This document shows positions 31,080 to 43,943 of a stretch of 64,000 nucleotides of DNA, in pieces. Source of the stretch: an uncultured Chloroflexia bacterium (GTDB taxonomy: Bacteria > Chloroflexota > Limnocylindria > Limnocylindrales > CSP1-4); NCBI GenBank assembly GCA_963749705.1, contig CAVVNQ010000003.1:1-64000 (forward strand). The letters are read 5' to 3'. A program made the translations under genes and the position numbers. The notes under the pieces are model-generated. The model made no database searches. It had not been told where the DNA came from and saw only the letters and a list, made by a program, of their open reading frames with translations. Each line of letters starts with the position of its first letter. Within the stretch, counting starts at the first letter, position 1.

Positions 31080-31940
31080 CTAGCGGGCCTGGGCGCCGCT
31101 CGCGATCTCGATCATCTCGCGAGTGATGTTGGACTGACGGACCTTGTTGTACGAGAGCGTCAGGTCCTCGATGAGCTCCTGGGCGTTCTCGGTGGCGTTC
31201 TTCATCGCGACCATCCTCGATGACTCCTCGCTGGCCTTGGCCTCGAGCACCGCCTGGAACAGGCGGGTCGCGACGTAGCGCGGGAGGAGCGACTGGAGGA
31301 AGTCCGCAGGATTGGGCTCGAAGATGAACTGGTGACCCGGAATGCCGGTGGTGTCCTCGCTGGGCCGGACCGGCAGCAGCTGGTCGATGACCGGGCGCTG
31401 GACGAGGGTCGACACGAACCGGGAGTAGGCCACGTCGATCTGATCGTACGTGCCGGCGACGAAATCGTCGGTCACCAGCCGGGCCAGCGGCAACACGTCG
31501 GTGAACGCCGGGCGATCCCCGAAGCCCTCGAAGTGGGCCGCGATCGGCACCCGCGAGCGGCGCATCGCGTCGCGCCCCTTGCGGCCGACGGTCGCGACCT
31601 TGAGGTCGCCCGGGTGATCGGTGATCTCGCGGGCGACGAACCGGATGATGTTCGTGTTGAGGGCGCCGGCCAGGCCGCGGTCGCTGGTGATGATCACCAT
31701 CAGGCGGTTGTGCGGCGCATCGATCCGCCGCTCCGCGAGCAGCGGGTGGTCGGTGCCGCCGAGCACGGCGGCGAGATCGGCGATCACCTCGTCCAGCTTC
31801 TCGCGGTACGGGCGCGCGGCCAGCGTCGAGTCCTGCGCCCGGCGCAGCTTGGATGCCGCGACGAACTGCATGGCCCGGGTGATCTGCTTGATGTTCCGGG
31901 CGCTGCCGATGCGGCGCCGGATCTCGCGCTGGCTAGGCAT
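31080..31940 (-). CDS. atpG: ATP synthase gamma subunit
   Basis: ITRAMQFVAASKL, SDRGLAG, RQSNITREMIEI. Confidence 0.97.
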   Translation of the reverse strand: MPSQREIRRRIGSARNIKQITRAMQFVAASKLRRAQDSTLAARPYREKLDEVIADLAAVLGGTDHPLLAERRIDAPHNRLMVIITSDRGLAGALNTNIIRFVAREITDHPGDLKVATVGRKGRDAMRRSRVPIAAHFEGFGDRPAFTDVLPLARLVTDDFVAGTYDQIDVAYSRFVSTLVQRPVIDQLLPVRPSEDTTGIPGHQFIFEPNPADFLQSLLPRYVATRLFQAVLEAKASEESSRMVAMKNATENAQELIEDLTLSYNKVRQSNITREMIEIASGAQAR

Positions 31941-32098
31941 GGTGCGATGCCTCGTTCGAGGGCCGCCGCCCTGTCCGCACCGAATGCGGCGTTGCCCGCT
32001 GCGCGCACTCGCTCACGCACGCTGAGGTGCGCTCGCTCACGTGCTCGCGGACGCCTTGCCTCGGCGCGACATGACGGCGGGTCACAGATTCCATCCCG

Positions 32099-33631
<1,533 letters not shown>

Positions 33632-33699
33632 CGCGTCTCCGTTCGGGCGTTCGCTGGCTCCCGTTCTCGCCGGCACAAGGCCGGCGGCGCGGGCGGGGG

Positions 33700-34251
33700 C
33701 TAGCGGAGGCGACCCCCCGCATGTAGCTGGTCACGCAACCGCTCGAGGCGGCCGCGAATGGATGCGTCGAGGAGCTGGTCCCGGACCTGGATCGTGATCC
33801 CGCCGATGAGCGATGGATCGACCTCGGTCCGGAGGTCCACGGCCGAGCCGGCCATCGCCTCGACCCGGTCCCGGATCGCGGCGGTCTCGTCGGCGGTGAG
33901 CGGCACGGCGCTGGTGGCGGTCGCCATGACGACCCCACGGTGGGCGTTGAGCAGCCGGACGAACTCCTCCGAGACCCGGGCGAGGACGCTGACGCGTCCC
34001 CGGGCGATGAGGAGCCCGACCAGCCGCAGCGCCTCGGGCTGGATCCGCGTGCCGAGCAGGCCCGACACGAGGTCCTGGCGCTGCGCCAGCGGGACCGCGG
34101 GGCTGTGGACGATCGGGGCGACCTCGGGCCGGCCGAGGATGTCCGTCGCCAGGGCGAGGTCATCCCGCCAGCGGTCGAGCCGGTCATCCCGGAGAGCCAC
34201 CTCGAAGGCGGCCTCCGCGTAGCGGCGGGCAGCGGTGTGGGACAGGGCCAT
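33700..34251 (-). CDS. atpH: ATP synthase delta subunit
   Basis: [24 protein letters not shown]. Confidence 0.95.
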   Translation of the reverse strand: MALSHTAARRYAEAAFEVALRDDRLDRWRDDLALATDILGRPEVAPIVHSPAVPLAQRQDLVSGLLGTRIQPEALRLVGLLIARGRVSVLARVSEEFVRLLNAHRGVVMATATSAVPLTADETAAIRDRVEAMAGSAVDLRTEVDPSLIGGITIQVRDQLLDASIRGRLERLRDQLHAGGRLR

Positions 34252-34826
34252 CAGGCGCTGGACCCGCCCGTGTTGGCCAATTCGGCCAGGAACTCGGACA
34301 CCAGCTTGCGCTGGCGCTCCGCCGTCATCGACTCTCCGACCACCCGGCCCGCGGCCGCGAGGGCGAGATCGGCAACCTCCGAGCGCAGCTCGGCGATGGC
34401 GCGTTCCTTCTGGGCCTCGAAGTCCGCGGCAGCTCGCTCGCGCATGCGGCCGAGCTCCTCGCGGGTTGCGGCAAGATCCTGCTCACGGGTCTCGGATGCG
34501 ACCTTCTGGGCTCGAGTGAGGATGTCGTTGGCTTCGCGCCGGGCCTCCTGGAGGGCCGTCAGCCGCTCCTGCTCACCCGACTCGCGATCGCGCCGCGCCT
34601 GCTCCGCATCCGCAAGGCCCTGCTCGATCCGGGTTCTCCGGTCCGCGAGCATGCGCGAGATCGGCCCGAACGCGAACAGCTGGAGGATCACGTACAGCAG
34701 GGCGAAGTTGAGCAGCGCGACGATGAGCCAGAACCCGTTGATCACGAGGCCTGACCCGCCGCCTTCCGCGTTGGGGGCGCCGGCAGCCGCGGACACGATG
34801 CCCGCAGCGACCGCGAAGAGATGCAT
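34251..34826 (-). CDS. atpF: ATP synthase b subunit
   Basis: N-terminal TM followed by a charged coiled coil; operon position. Confidence 0.93.
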   Translation of the reverse strand: MHLFAVAAGIVSAAAGAPNAEGGGSGLVINGFWLIVALLNFALLYVILQLFAFGPISRMLADRRTRIEQGLADAEQARRDRESGEQERLTALQEARREANDILTRAQKVASETREQDLAATREELGRMRERAAADFEAQKERAIAELRSEVADLALAAAGRVVGESMTAERQRKLVSEFLAELANTGGSSA

Positions 34827-34844
34827 GACGTCGGCTCGACGCTG

Positions 34845-35057
34845 CTACTTGAGGAAGATGATCAGGACGCCCACGACGAACGCCAGGACGCCGAGCCCCT
34901 CGGCGAACGCGGCGCCGATGATGAACGTCGCGCGGATCGTGGCCGCGGCGTCCGGGTTGCGGCCCATCGCGCTGGTGGACATGCCGGTCAGGATCCCGAT
35001 ACCGATGCCGGGTCCGATCACGCCCATGGCGGCAAGGCCGGCGCCAATCAGTTCCAT
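34845..35057 (-). CDS. atpE: ATP synthase c subunit (70 aa)
   Basis: GGAGG RBS; GPGIGIG, GRNPD, AFAEGL. Confidence 0.95.
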   Translation of the reverse strand: MELIGAGLAAMGVIGPGIGIGILTGMSTSAMGRNPDAAATIRATFIIGAAFAEGLGVLAFVVGVLIIFLK

Positions 35058-35127
35058 CGAGTCTCTACCTCCACTGGCGACCACTGTGCGCGGTCGCAAC
35101 CTCCGACGAATATGAGCCTGATCCGCC

Positions 35128-36150
35128 TCAATGCGATGCGACGGATGACAGGGGTGGGCCACCGCCGACCTGCGGCTCGGTCGCCATCGCCGGGGCGGCA
35201 TGCGCCTCCTCGTCGTGGCTCTCGACCGCGAGCAGCGTGAACATCAATGTCAGGACGCTGAAGATTAGCGCCTGTACGAAGCCGATGAACCCCTCCAGCG
35301 CCACGAACGGCAACGGCAGCACCCCCAGCAGCAGGGCCGTGAACACGCCCAGCATGACGCCGCCGCCGTACAGGTTGCCGAACAACCGGAAGGCCAGGGT
35401 GACCGGCTTGAAGAACTCGAGCAGGAACTCGGTCAGCCCCACGAACAGGTCGATGAACCCGTCGACGACGCTCCTGCGGAAACCGCGGAAGTTGAAGAAC
35501 TTGCCCAGGTAGCGGCGCAGCCCGAGCCGGCGGACGCCCTCGAAGTGGAACAGCAGGAAGCTGAACAGCGCGAGGCCGATCGTGATGTTGATGTCGCTGG
35601 TGGGCGTGCGCAGGAAGTTGATCTTGTCGCCGAAGATCAGCAGGTCGGTCCAGTTCGCGAGCGCGATGAACATGAACAGCGTGATGAAGATGCCCACGTA
35701 CGGGCGCGCGGGCGGACCGCCCAACGCCATGGCGAAGCCCTCGAGGGACTCGTAGACGTACTCGATCGCGTTCTGGACCCGCCGTGGCAGGTGGTCGAGG
35801 CTCTGGGCGACGCCCACGAACACGACGATCATCAGGACCATCACGATCCAGGACACGACGATGCTGGAGGTGATGCTGGGATGGAAGTCCACGACCAGCG
35901 CCCCCGTGGGCTCGGTCTCGCGCGGCGCCAGGTCCCAGACCACGGTCGGCGGGATCAGCTCGAGATTGCCCTTGATGCTCTCCTTGGGGCCCGGGAAGCC
36001 CGGGGGCGCGAGCGCGATGCCGGCCACGATGTCGAGGACGACGATGGCGACGATCGCGATCAGCAGCTTGCGGCCGCGGGTCAGCCCTCCCGCGCGCGGC
36101 TGCGCGCCGCCACCGGAGGTCTCCGCTGCGGAAACGTTGTCGGCGGTCAC
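35128..36150 (-). CDS. atpB: ATP synthase a subunit
   Basis: RTPTSDIN, LAFRLFGNLYGG, QALIFSVLT. Likely GTG start at 36150. Confidence 0.93.
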   Translation of the reverse strand: MTADNVSAAETSGGGAQPRAGGLTRGRKLLIAIVAIVVLDIVAGIALAPPGFPGPKESIKGNLELIPPTVVWDLAPRETEPTGALVVDFHPSITSSIVVSWIVMVLMIVVFVGVAQSLDHLPRRVQNAIEYVYESLEGFAMALGGPPARPYVGIFITLFMFIALANWTDLLIFGDKINFLRTPTSDINITIGLALFSFLLFHFEGVRRLGLRRYLGKFFNFRGFRRSVVDGFIDLFVGLTEFLLEFFKPVTLAFRLFGNLYGGGVMLGVFTALLLGVLPLPFVALEGFIGFVQALIFSVLTLMFTLLAVESHDEEAHAAPAMATEPQVGGGPPLSSVASH

Positions 36151-36208
36151 AGGTGCCCCATCGGTCCCGTCCCGCCGCCCACGCGTCGCGGGCGGTTGGT
36201 GTTCATCG

Positions 36209-36424
36209 TCAGTCGAACCTCGCAAGAAACCGGCTGATCAACTTGGCCACCGCGAGACCACCGAGCCCGAACCCGGCCAGAGCCCCGCCTACGGCGAATA
36301 CGGGCAACGTGCCCAGCTGCTGGTCGATCCACCAACCCGCCAGGACGCCCGCAAGGGTCCCTACGAAGAAGGTGATGCCGATCTCGGAAAAGAGAGCTGC
36401 GTAGGCTCCGAAATCGCTGTTCAT
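36209..36424 (-). CDS. AtpZ/AtpI family protein
   Basis: 71 aa, GWWIDQQLGTLP, two TM segments, first gene of the atp operon. Confidence 0.85.
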   Translation of the reverse strand: MNSDFGAYAALFSEIGITFFVGTLAGVLAGWWIDQQLGTLPVFAVGGALAGFGLGGLAVAKLISRFLARFD

Positions 36425-36449
36425 GGGCGACCGACCACCGTGGGGGGGA

Positions 36450-37622
36450 CTATACCAGAGGCCCCCGGGGGTCAGAACCGTCCGTTTCGGTTACGGATGT
36501 TGGGACCGGTCCGGAGGGCGTCCCCGGCTCCTCGTATGCCCTGGCCTCGAGGGCGTCGGCGGCCTCGGCCCGCGTGAGCAGGAACAGGGCGAGCCCGAAG
36601 GCCACGCCCAGGCCGAGGAACGCATACACCTGGCCGGTCCCGGACAGCACGAACGAGAGCACCGCGAGCGCGAGGCACAGGACGTAGATCACCACCACCG
36701 TCTGCCCGTGGCTGAGCCCGAGGTCCAGCAGCCGGTGGTGGATGTGGCCGCGGTCCGGTGTGAACGGCGAGTGGCCGGTCGCCAGCCGGCGGACGATGAT
36801 CCAGAAGGTGTCGATGATCGGGACACCCAGCACCAGCAGGGCGACGGCCACCTTCGCCGTGCCGATGATCGACAGCAGCGCCAGCGTGTAGCCCACGAAC
36901 ATCACGCCGCTGGTGCCGATGAAGATCGACGCGGGGTGGAAGTTCCAGCGCAGGAAGCCCAGCAGCGAGCCCGCGAGGGCGAAGCACAGGATCCCGACGA
37001 ACGGCTGGTTCTGGGCCGTCGTGACCGAGATCAGCCCGAGCGTGGCCGTGGCGATCAGCGCGATCCCGGACGACAGGCCGTCGAGCCCGTCGATGAAGTT
37101 GATGCTGTTGATCATCCCGATCACCCACAGCATCGTGAACCCGATCGCGAACGGCCCGTCGAGCAGGATGAAGCCCGGCCCGAACGGGTTGTTGAGAAAC
37201 GTGACCGAGATGCCGAGCGCGACCGCGATCAGGCCGAGCACCACCTGCCCGCCCAGCTGCCAGCGGGCCCGCAGCTGGAGCGCATCGTCGAGCGCCCCCA
37301 GCGCAACCGCCACCGCCCCACCGAGCAGCAGCGCGGTCAGCTCCCCGGCGTCCAGGGACCGGGGCACGGGGACGACGTCCAGGCGGGCGTTGATCGCGAT
37401 GACCCCGACCGCGACCGACAGGAACGCGACCGCGACCGCGATGCCGCCGCCGCGGGGCACGGGCAGCTCGTTCACCCGGCGATGGTTCGGCTCGTCGATG
37501 GTGCCCAGCCGCATCGACGCCCGTCGCACCAGTGGCGTCAGGAGCAGCGACAGGACCGCCGCCACGACGAACGCCGAGACGAGGATCGGCAGGATCTCGT
37601 CGAACGTCGAGATCAGGTGCAT
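36450..37622 (-). CDS. WecA/TagO-type undecaprenyl-phosphate GlcNAc-1-phosphate transferase (MraY family)
   Basis: VPRGGG, GALDD, NSINFIDGLDGL, WNFHPASIFIG, DRGHIHHRL. Confidence 0.9.
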   Translation of the reverse strand: MHLISTFDEILPILVSAFVVAAVLSLLLTPLVRRASMRLGTIDEPNHRRVNELPVPRGGGIAVAVAFLSVAVGVIAINARLDVVPVPRSLDAGELTALLLGGAVAVALGALDDALQLRARWQLGGQVVLGLIAVALGISVTFLNNPFGPGFILLDGPFAIGFTMLWVIGMINSINFIDGLDGLSSGIALIATATLGLISVTTAQNQPFVGILCFALAGSLLGFLRWNFHPASIFIGTSGVMFVGYTLALLSIIGTAKVAVALLVLGVPIIDTFWIIVRRLATGHSPFTPDRGHIHHRLLDLGLSHGQTVVVIYVLCLALAVLSFVLSGTGQVYAFLGLGVAFGLALFLLTRAEAADALEARAYEEPGTPSGPVPTSVTETDGSDPRGPLV

Positions 37623-37632
37623 CGCGCGCCGG

Positions 37633-38970
37633 TCACGCCCGGTCGCGGGGGAGGCCTGGGACCGGGAAGCGCGCGACCAGCGCGCGGACATCCGCGCGGA
37701 TCCGGTCGCCCACGACGGTGTCGTCGCGGCCGCGAATCGCCTCGACCACCCAGCGGCCGATCGCCCGCATCTCATCGGGACCCATGCCCCGGGTCGTGGT
37801 GGCCGGCGTGCCGATGCGGATCCCCGACGCGATGTTGGGCGGGTTCGCGTCGAACGGGATCGCGTTCTTGTTGACCGTGATCCCGACCTCGTCGAGGAGC
37901 GCCTCGGCCTCACGGCCGGTGACCCCCAGCGGCGTCACGTCCACGAGCGCAAGGTGGTTGTCGGTGCCGCCGCTGACCAGCCGGGCGCCGGCCTCGGCGA
38001 CCGTCTCGGCGAGCACCCGGGCGTTCTCGATCGTCCGCGCCTGGTCGCGCCGGAAGTCATCGCTCGCGGCAAGCTTGAGGGCGACCGCCTTGGCGGCGAT
38101 GACGTGCATCAGCGGTCCGCCCTGGACGCCCGGGAACACCGACTTGTCGATCGCCTGGGCGAGGGTGTTCTTCTTGAGCGCCGGGAAGTCCGCCCGGTCG
38201 ATGCCGTCGGGGAGGTCGGCACGGCTGAACACGAGCCCACCGCGCGGCCCACGGAGCGTCTTGTGGGTGGTGGTGGTCACCAGGTCCGCGTGGGGGAACG
38301 GGCTGGGGTGGAGCCCCGCGGCGACCAGGCCGGCGAAGTGCGCCATGTCCACGAACAGCAGGGCGCCGACGCCGTGCGCGATCCGGGCCAGCCGCTCGAA
38401 GTCCCAGGTGCGCGGGTATGCGGACGCGCCGGCGACCAGCACCCGGGGCCGCACCTCGGCGGCCTGCCGCTCGAGGGCGTCGTAGTCGATCCGCTCGTCC
38501 TCGGGGGTCACCCCGTAGGCGTGGACCTCGTACAGGCGGCCCGAGAAGTTCACCGGCGACCCGTGCGTCAGGTGGCCCCCGTGGGCAAGGCTCATGCCCA
38601 GGATGCGATCGCCCGGCCGGAGCACGGCGAAGTAGGCCGCCATGTTCGCCTGGGCGCCGGCGTGTGGCTGGACGTTGACGTGATCGGCTCCCGGGAACAG
38701 CGCCAGGGCCCGCGCGCGTGCCAGCTCCTCCGCGACGTCGACGAACTCGCAACCGCCGTAGTAGCGCCGGCCCGGCAGGCCCTCCGCGTACTTGTTGGTG
38801 AGCCACGAGCCCTGCGCCTCGAGCACCGCGGCGTAGACGTAGTTCTCGCTCGCGATGAGCTCGATCTTGTCGGCCTGGCGGTGGCGCTCGCCCTCCATCG
38901 CCGCCCAGAGCTCGGGATCCACCTCGGCGATGGGGGCCCAGGCGGACGGCGGGACGGCGGCAGCGGACAC
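37633..38970 (-). CDS. glyA: Serine hydroxymethyltransferase
   Basis: [36 protein letters not shown]. Confidence 0.97.
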   Translation of the reverse strand: MSAAAVPPSAWAPIAEVDPELWAAMEGERHRQADKIELIASENYVYAAVLEAQGSWLTNKYAEGLPGRRYYGGCEFVDVAEELARARALALFPGADHVNVQPHAGAQANMAAYFAVLRPGDRILGMSLAHGGHLTHGSPVNFSGRLYEVHAYGVTPEDERIDYDALERQAAEVRPRVLVAGASAYPRTWDFERLARIAHGVGALLFVDMAHFAGLVAAGLHPSPFPHADLVTTTTHKTLRGPRGGLVFSRADLPDGIDRADFPALKKNTLAQAIDKSVFPGVQGGPLMHVIAAKAVALKLAASDDFRRDQARTIENARVLAETVAEAGARLVSGGTDNHLALVDVTPLGVTGREAEALLDEVGITVNKNAIPFDANPPNIASGIRIGTPATTTRGMGPDEMRAIGRWVVEAIRGRDDTVVGDRIRADVRALVARFPVPGLPRDRA

Positions 38971-39014
38971 GAGCGGACCTCCAGGCGGTCGAGCGAGGGC
39001 GGGCGGGACGCTGC

Positions 39015-39704
39015 CTATCTTCCCACGTCCCTTGTCGCCGACGAGTCGATCCGATGGTCGATGCCCGCGGCATCGAGCGCCGCGGCGATGATCGAGGGCG
39101 CGATCGCCCCGGCCCGGCGCACGACCGGGGTGGCGCCCGAGCAGTCGACCACGGTCGAGGCCGGGCCGCCGCGGGCGGGTCCGCCATCGAGGACGAGCGC
39201 GATCGCCCCGCCGAGCCCGGCCGCGATCTCGCCGGCGTCACGCGCCTCGGGCTCGCCCGACAGGTTGGCCGACGTGGTGGGCAGCGGCCCCAGCGCCGCG
39301 GCGAGCGCGCGAGGGGCCGCGTGGTCGGGAACGCGGACGCCCACCGTCTCGCTGCCGGCCACCAGGATCGGCGGCAGCGTCGCCCCGGCACGCCGACGCA
39401 GGACGAGGGTGAGCCCGCCGGGCCAGAAGCGCTCCGCCAGCAGGCGCGCCGCCGGGTCCAGGACGCCCAGCACGCCGGCCTGATCGGCATCCGCGAGGAG
39501 CAGCGCCACGGCCTTCTCGGGTGGCCGCCGCTTGGCGGCGAACAGGTGCTCGATCGCGTCCGGGAGGGCGAGGTCCGCGGCGATCCCGTAGACCGTGTCG
39601 GTGGGGATGGCGACGATCTCGCCGGCGCGGAGCAGCGCCACGGCCTCGGCACGGGCCGCGGTCCCGTCGGGCAGGATCCTCGGCCGGCGATCGGCGGCGG
39701 TCAC
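39015..39704 (-). CDS. tsaC: L-threonylcarbamoyladenylate synthase (TsaC/Sua5)
   Basis: [30 protein letters not shown] at 39704. Confidence 0.93.
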   Translation of the reverse strand: MTAADRRPRILPDGTAARAEAVALLRAGEIVAIPTDTVYGIAADLALPDAIEHLFAAKRRPPEKAVALLLADADQAGVLGVLDPAARLLAERFWPGGLTLVLRRRAGATLPPILVAGSETVGVRVPDHAAPRALAAALGPLPTTSANLSGEPEARDAGEIAAGLGGAIALVLDGGPARGGPASTVVDCSGATPVVRRAGAIAPSIIAAALDAAGIDHRIDSSATRDVGR

Positions 39705-40732
39705 GCGTGGACCACGGTCGGGTGCGGTCGCCCGTGCGCCGCGCGGGCAGCCTCGGCCAGGCGGGCCGCGTTGCGCCGCGCCTCCGCGGGTGCCGCCAGG
39801 ACCAGGGCCTCGATCAGGGCCGCCGCGCCGTCCTCCTCGACCGAACCCGTGACGTAGCGCGCGGCGCGCCGGACGGCCTCCGGTGCCGAGGCCATGGCCG
39901 CGCCGTGGCCCGCATCCGCGATCATCTCCAGGTCGTTGAGCGCATCGCCGATCGTCATCACCTGGGCGTGGGGAATGCCCGCCCGGTGGGCGAGCCAGGC
40001 GACGGCGCCGCCCTTGGACACGCCGGGCGCGACGAACTCGAGGAACCGCGGGTGGGACACGGTCGCGTCGGCGCGCCCCGCGAAATCCCGGCGCGCCTCC
40101 TCGATCAGCTCCATCGGCCGCGGCGGCGGGCCAACCGAGATGACCTTGGACATCGGATGGGTGATGGCGGCCCCGAGGTCGTCGACGACGCTCGCGCCGG
40201 GGCCGAGGTAGCCCGAGTAGTCGTCGAAGCTGGGGTCGCCGGACCAGGCGACGATCCGCTCGAGGTTGTTCACGTGCGGCTCCAGGCCGTGCGCCCGGCA
40301 CCACGCGATCGCCTCGCGCACGACCGCGGCCGGCATCGGCTCGTGGTGGAGCAGCCGGCCGACCCGTGCGCGCCACGCGTGCTCGTCCACGACGGCCCGC
40401 TGGCGCCGGGTGGGCATCGCCCGGATGACCGCGCCCTGGTGCGCCACGATCGGCTCGACGATCCCCAGCTGGTTCGCGTACACGGCCGCCGAGCTGGCCA
40501 TGCGACCGGTCGCCAGCGACACCCGGACGCCCCGCCGCACCGCTTCGGCGATCGCGATCCGGGTGCGCTCGGAGATCCGGAAGTCCGGGCCGACGAGGGT
40601 GCCGTCGATGTCCAGCGCGATCAGCCGGATCGGGAGCTCGGGCTCCGGGCGGACCGGCGGCCGGAGCCCGTTCATGCCGGTCGCGCCAGCCGGACGGGGC
40701 CGGTTGATGCCGGCGGGACGGGGCCGGTTCAT
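39701..40732 (-). CDS. Cof-type HAD hydrolase
   Basis: ALDIDGTL, ATGR, GVSKG, IGDALNDLEM. Confidence 0.9.
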   Translation of the reverse strand: MNRPRPAGINRPRPAGATGMNGLRPPVRPEPELPIRLIALDIDGTLVGPDFRISERTRIAIAEAVRRGVRVSLATGRMASSAAVYANQLGIVEPIVAHQGAVIRAMPTRRQRAVVDEHAWRARVGRLLHHEPMPAAVVREAIAWCRAHGLEPHVNNLERIVAWSGDPSFDDYSGYLGPGASVVDDLGAAITHPMSKVISVGPPPRPMELIEEARRDFAGRADATVSHPRFLEFVAPGVSKGGAVAWLAHRAGIPHAQVMTIGDALNDLEMIADAGHGAAMASAPEAVRRAARYVTGSVEEDGAAALIEALVLAAPAEARRNAARLAEAARAAHGRPHPTVVHA

Positions 40733-41640
40733 GCCGGTCGCGCCAGCCGGACCAGCCGGGGCCGGCCGGCCAGGTCCGGCGTCACCGTGGCCGGCCAGCC
40801 GCCAAGCCGCGCCGAGGCTTCGACAAGGATCGAATCGCCCTGGTCCGCGCCGATCTCGACCAGCGCGACCCCGTCGGGCGCGAGCACCGTCGGCAGCTGG
40901 TCCAGCAGGCGGCGGATGACGTCGAGACCGTCCGGACCGCCGTCGAGCGCGGCGCGTGGCTCGAACGCGAGCTCCGGCCCGAGCCGGTCGATGTCCGCCG
41001 AGGGGACGTACGGGAGGTTCGCGCACACGAGCGCGTACGGCGGATCGACGTTGGCGGGCAGCAGGTCCGCGGACACGAACACCATCCGGTCCGCGACGGC
41101 GTGCCCCACGGCGTTCTCGCGGGCAAGGTCGAGCGCCCCGTCCGAGGCGTCGATCGCGATGACCAGGACCTGGTCGGCCATCCGGCGCCGCCGGAGCGCG
41201 GCCAGGATGGCGATCGCGATGGCCCCGCTGCCCGTGCCCACGTCGGCCACGCGGAGCGCGGCCGCGCCCGGCGGACGGGGGCTCGCGGTCAGCCGCGCCA
41301 CCACCTCGGCGAGGGCCGCGTCGACGAGCAGCTCCGTCTCAGGACGCGGGATGAGCGCGCGGGCGTCGGTGGCGAGGGCGAGGCCGTGGAACTCGCGCAT
41401 GCCGCGGATGTAGGCGACGGGCTCGCCGGCCTCGCGCCGCCGGATCGTCGACTCGAACGCCGCCGCGGCCGCGTCACCGACCGGCGCCTGCGAGTGCGTG
41501 ATCAGCGACGTGCGGTCGATCCCCAGGGCGTGCCCCAGCAGCAGCTCGGCATCGAGCCTGGGCGACGGCGAGCCCGACGCCGTCAGCCGCGCGGCGGCGA
41601 GGCGGACGAGCTCCGAGACCGTCGGGGCGGGACCGGGCAT
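40729..41640 (-). CDS. prmC: Release factor glutamine methyltransferase
   Basis: GEPVAYI, LIPRPETE, DVGTGSG, NLPYV. Follows prfA. Confidence 0.93.
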   Translation of the reverse strand: MPGPAPTVSELVRLAAARLTASGSPSPRLDAELLLGHALGIDRTSLITHSQAPVGDAAAAAFESTIRRREAGEPVAYIRGMREFHGLALATDARALIPRPETELLVDAALAEVVARLTASPRPPGAAALRVADVGTGSGAIAIAILAALRRRRMADQVLVIAIDASDGALDLARENAVGHAVADRMVFVSADLLPANVDPPYALVCANLPYVPSADIDRLGPELAFEPRAALDGGPDGLDVIRRLLDQLPTVLAPDGVALVEIGADQGDSILVEASARLGGWPATVTPDLAGRPRLVRLARPA

Positions 41641-41710
41641 CGGTCAGGACGGATCGGCCGCGCCGGGGACGCGGCGGCCGGGCACGAGGAGCGAGCGACG
41701 GACCGGCTCG

Positions 41711-42814
41711 CTAGCCACCGTCGGTCTCCGTCAGGTGGCGGAGGCGGTCGGCCTGGTCCGCCATCACCAGCGCATCGATCAGCGGGTCGAGCTGGCCCTC
41801 GAGCACGCCGGGCACGTTGTGGATGGTCAGGCCGATCCGGTGGTCCGTGACCCGGTTGTCGGGGAAGTTGTACGTCCGGATCTTCTCGGACCGGTCACCC
41901 GCGCCGACCATCGTCCGCCGCTCTGCGCTCTCGCGCTCACGCTGCTTCGCAAGCTCCAGGTCGTACAGCCGCGAGCGCAGCACGGCGAGCGCCTTTGCCT
42001 TGTTCTTGTGCTGGCTCTTCTCGTCCTGGATCTCCACGACCAGCCCGGTCGGGAGGTGGGTGATCCGGACCGCGGAGTCGGTGGTGTTGACGGACTGGCC
42101 GCCCGGTCCGCTGGACCGCTTGACGTCGATCCGGAGATCCCGCTCCTCGTCGATGTCGACCTCGACCTCGTCGGCCTCGGGCATCACGATCACGGTCGCG
42201 GTGCTGGTGTGGATCCGGCCGCTCGATTCGGTGGACGGGACCCGCTGGACGCGATGCACGCCGCCCTCGAACTTGAGCCGGCTGTAGGCGCCGTCGCCGG
42301 CAACCTCGAGGAACGCCTCCTTGATGCCGCCGATGCCGGTCTCGTTGAGGCTCATCAGGTCGGCGTGGAAGCGATGCTCCAGGGCGTAGCGCGTGTACAT
42401 GCGCAGCAGCTCGGCCGCGAACAGGGCCGCCTCCTCGCCGCCCGCGCCGGCCCGGATCTCGACGATCACGTTGCGGTCGTCATTGGGATCGCGCGGGAGG
42501 AGCGAGACCTTGAGGTCCTCGACCAGGCCCGTCTCGCGCGCCTCGAGCGACGCGATCTCGTCACGGGCCATCGCCTTGAGGTCGTCGTCGAGCTCCGCGT
42601 CGCGCATCTCGCGCGCGCCGGCCAGCTGCGCCCGGACGTCGATCAGCTCGCGGTAGGCGGCGACCACCGGCTCCAGGCGCGCCAGCTCACGGCCCAGCGT
42701 CCGCAGCTGGGCAGGATCCGAGTGCACCTCCGGCGTGCCCAGCCGCGCGGTGACGTCGTCGTACTGGCGCGCCACGCCGGCGAGCTTGGTGTCGAGGCTG
42801 TCGATGTCGGACAT
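41711..42814 (-). CDS. prfA: Peptide chain release factor 1
   Basis: [11 protein letters not shown] (PxT motif), [18 protein letters not shown]. Confidence 0.96.
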   Translation of the reverse strand: MSDIDSLDTKLAGVARQYDDVTARLGTPEVHSDPAQLRTLGRELARLEPVVAAYRELIDVRAQLAGAREMRDAELDDDLKAMARDEIASLEARETGLVEDLKVSLLPRDPNDDRNVIVEIRAGAGGEEAALFAAELLRMYTRYALEHRFHADLMSLNETGIGGIKEAFLEVAGDGAYSRLKFEGGVHRVQRVPSTESSGRIHTSTATVIVMPEADEVEVDIDEERDLRIDVKRSSGPGGQSVNTTDSAVRITHLPTGLVVEIQDEKSQHKNKAKALAVLRSRLYDLELAKQRERESAERRTMVGAGDRSEKIRTYNFPDNRVTDHRIGLTIHNVPGVLEGQLDPLIDALVMADQADRLRHLTETDGG

Positions 42815-42833
42815 GTCCGGCGGGCCGGTCCGC

Positions 42834-43844
42834 TCAGCCGGGCAGCGGCGGGTCGATCGAGACCGGCGCGACCGCCTCGCCCTCGGCCGCGGCCGCGGCC
42901 GCCCGAACCTCCGCGGCCGTCTCGCCGGGCAGCGGCATCGGGTACCGCTCGAGGTCGAGGCCGCCGGGCGGCACCGCCTCACCATCGGCGCGGAGCGCCT
43001 CCTCCATCGACACGACGGCAACCTCGATCATGTCATCGGTCGGCTGCTTGGTCGTGATCATCTGGACCAGGATCCCGGGCCACATGATCACGCGGACGAC
43101 CGGGTTGGCCCGATGGCGCGCCCCGAGGCGGAGCAGCTCGTAGCCGACGGCGGCGATCACCGGGATCAGCAGGATCCGGCTGCCCACCATGACCACGGGA
43201 TCCTGCCGGCCGACCAGGCTGAATGCGAGGATCGACAGCATGATCACGACCACCAGGAACTCGGTGCCGCATCGCGGATGGGCCGTCGGGTGCCGGCGGA
43301 TCGCGGACGGGACCAGCGGGTCGCCGTGCTCCAGGGCGTGGATCGTCATGTGCTCGGCGCCGTGGTACTGGAACACGCGCGCGATGTCGGGCGTGCGCGA
43401 GATCAGGACCAGGTAGCCCAGGAAGATCAGGACCCGCACCAGCCCCTCGACCAGGTGCTGGACGAGGCCGTTGTCGATGCTGCCGGCCGTGAACGTCGCG
43501 ATGACCAGGGGCAGGATGAAGAACAGCCCGATCCCGACGATGGCCGTGAACCCCAGCATCAGGGCGACCGCCCCGCGGCCGATCTCGACCCCCTCCTCCT
43601 CCGCCTGGAGACCGGCAGAGCGGATCAGCCAGCGGGTCCCCACGACGAGTGTCTCGTACAGGACGACGAGCCCGCGAACGAACGGCCAGCGCGAGACGCG
43701 GTTGCCATGGAACCCGGAGTCGAGGCGTTCGGTGGCGAACACGATCCGGCCGTCGGGGTGGCGAAGGGCGACCGCGATGGCGTCGCGGCCGCGCATCATG
43801 ACGCCTTCGATCAGCGCCTGACCGCCGTAGGTGAAGCGGGGCAT
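42834..43844 (-). CDS. DUF1385 family membrane protein
   Basis: [26 protein letters not shown]. Confidence 0.9.
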   Translation of the reverse strand: MPRFTYGGQALIEGVMMRGRDAIAVALRHPDGRIVFATERLDSGFHGNRVSRWPFVRGLVVLYETLVVGTRWLIRSAGLQAEEEGVEIGRGAVALMLGFTAIVGIGLFFILPLVIATFTAGSIDNGLVQHLVEGLVRVLIFLGYLVLISRTPDIARVFQYHGAEHMTIHALEHGDPLVPSAIRRHPTAHPRCGTEFLVVVIMLSILAFSLVGRQDPVVMVGSRILLIPVIAAVGYELLRLGARHRANPVVRVIMWPGILVQMITTKQPTDDMIEVAVVSMEEALRADGEAVPPGGLDLERYPMPLPGETAAEVRAAAAAAEGEAVAPVSIDPPLPG

Positions 43845-43943
43845 GGGGTGAGTCTACCGGGTGACCCTGCCGCGGCCGCCTGCGAGTCCGGGGTCACCCA
43901 CCGCCGAGCGCACCGGTTGCCGTTCCGACGCATACTCGGGGCG

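Noticed and set aside
34845-35057. Na+-translocating ATP synthase
   Set aside because: The c subunit has E-G and lacks the Q...E-S/T sodium signature, so it is most likely H+-coupled.
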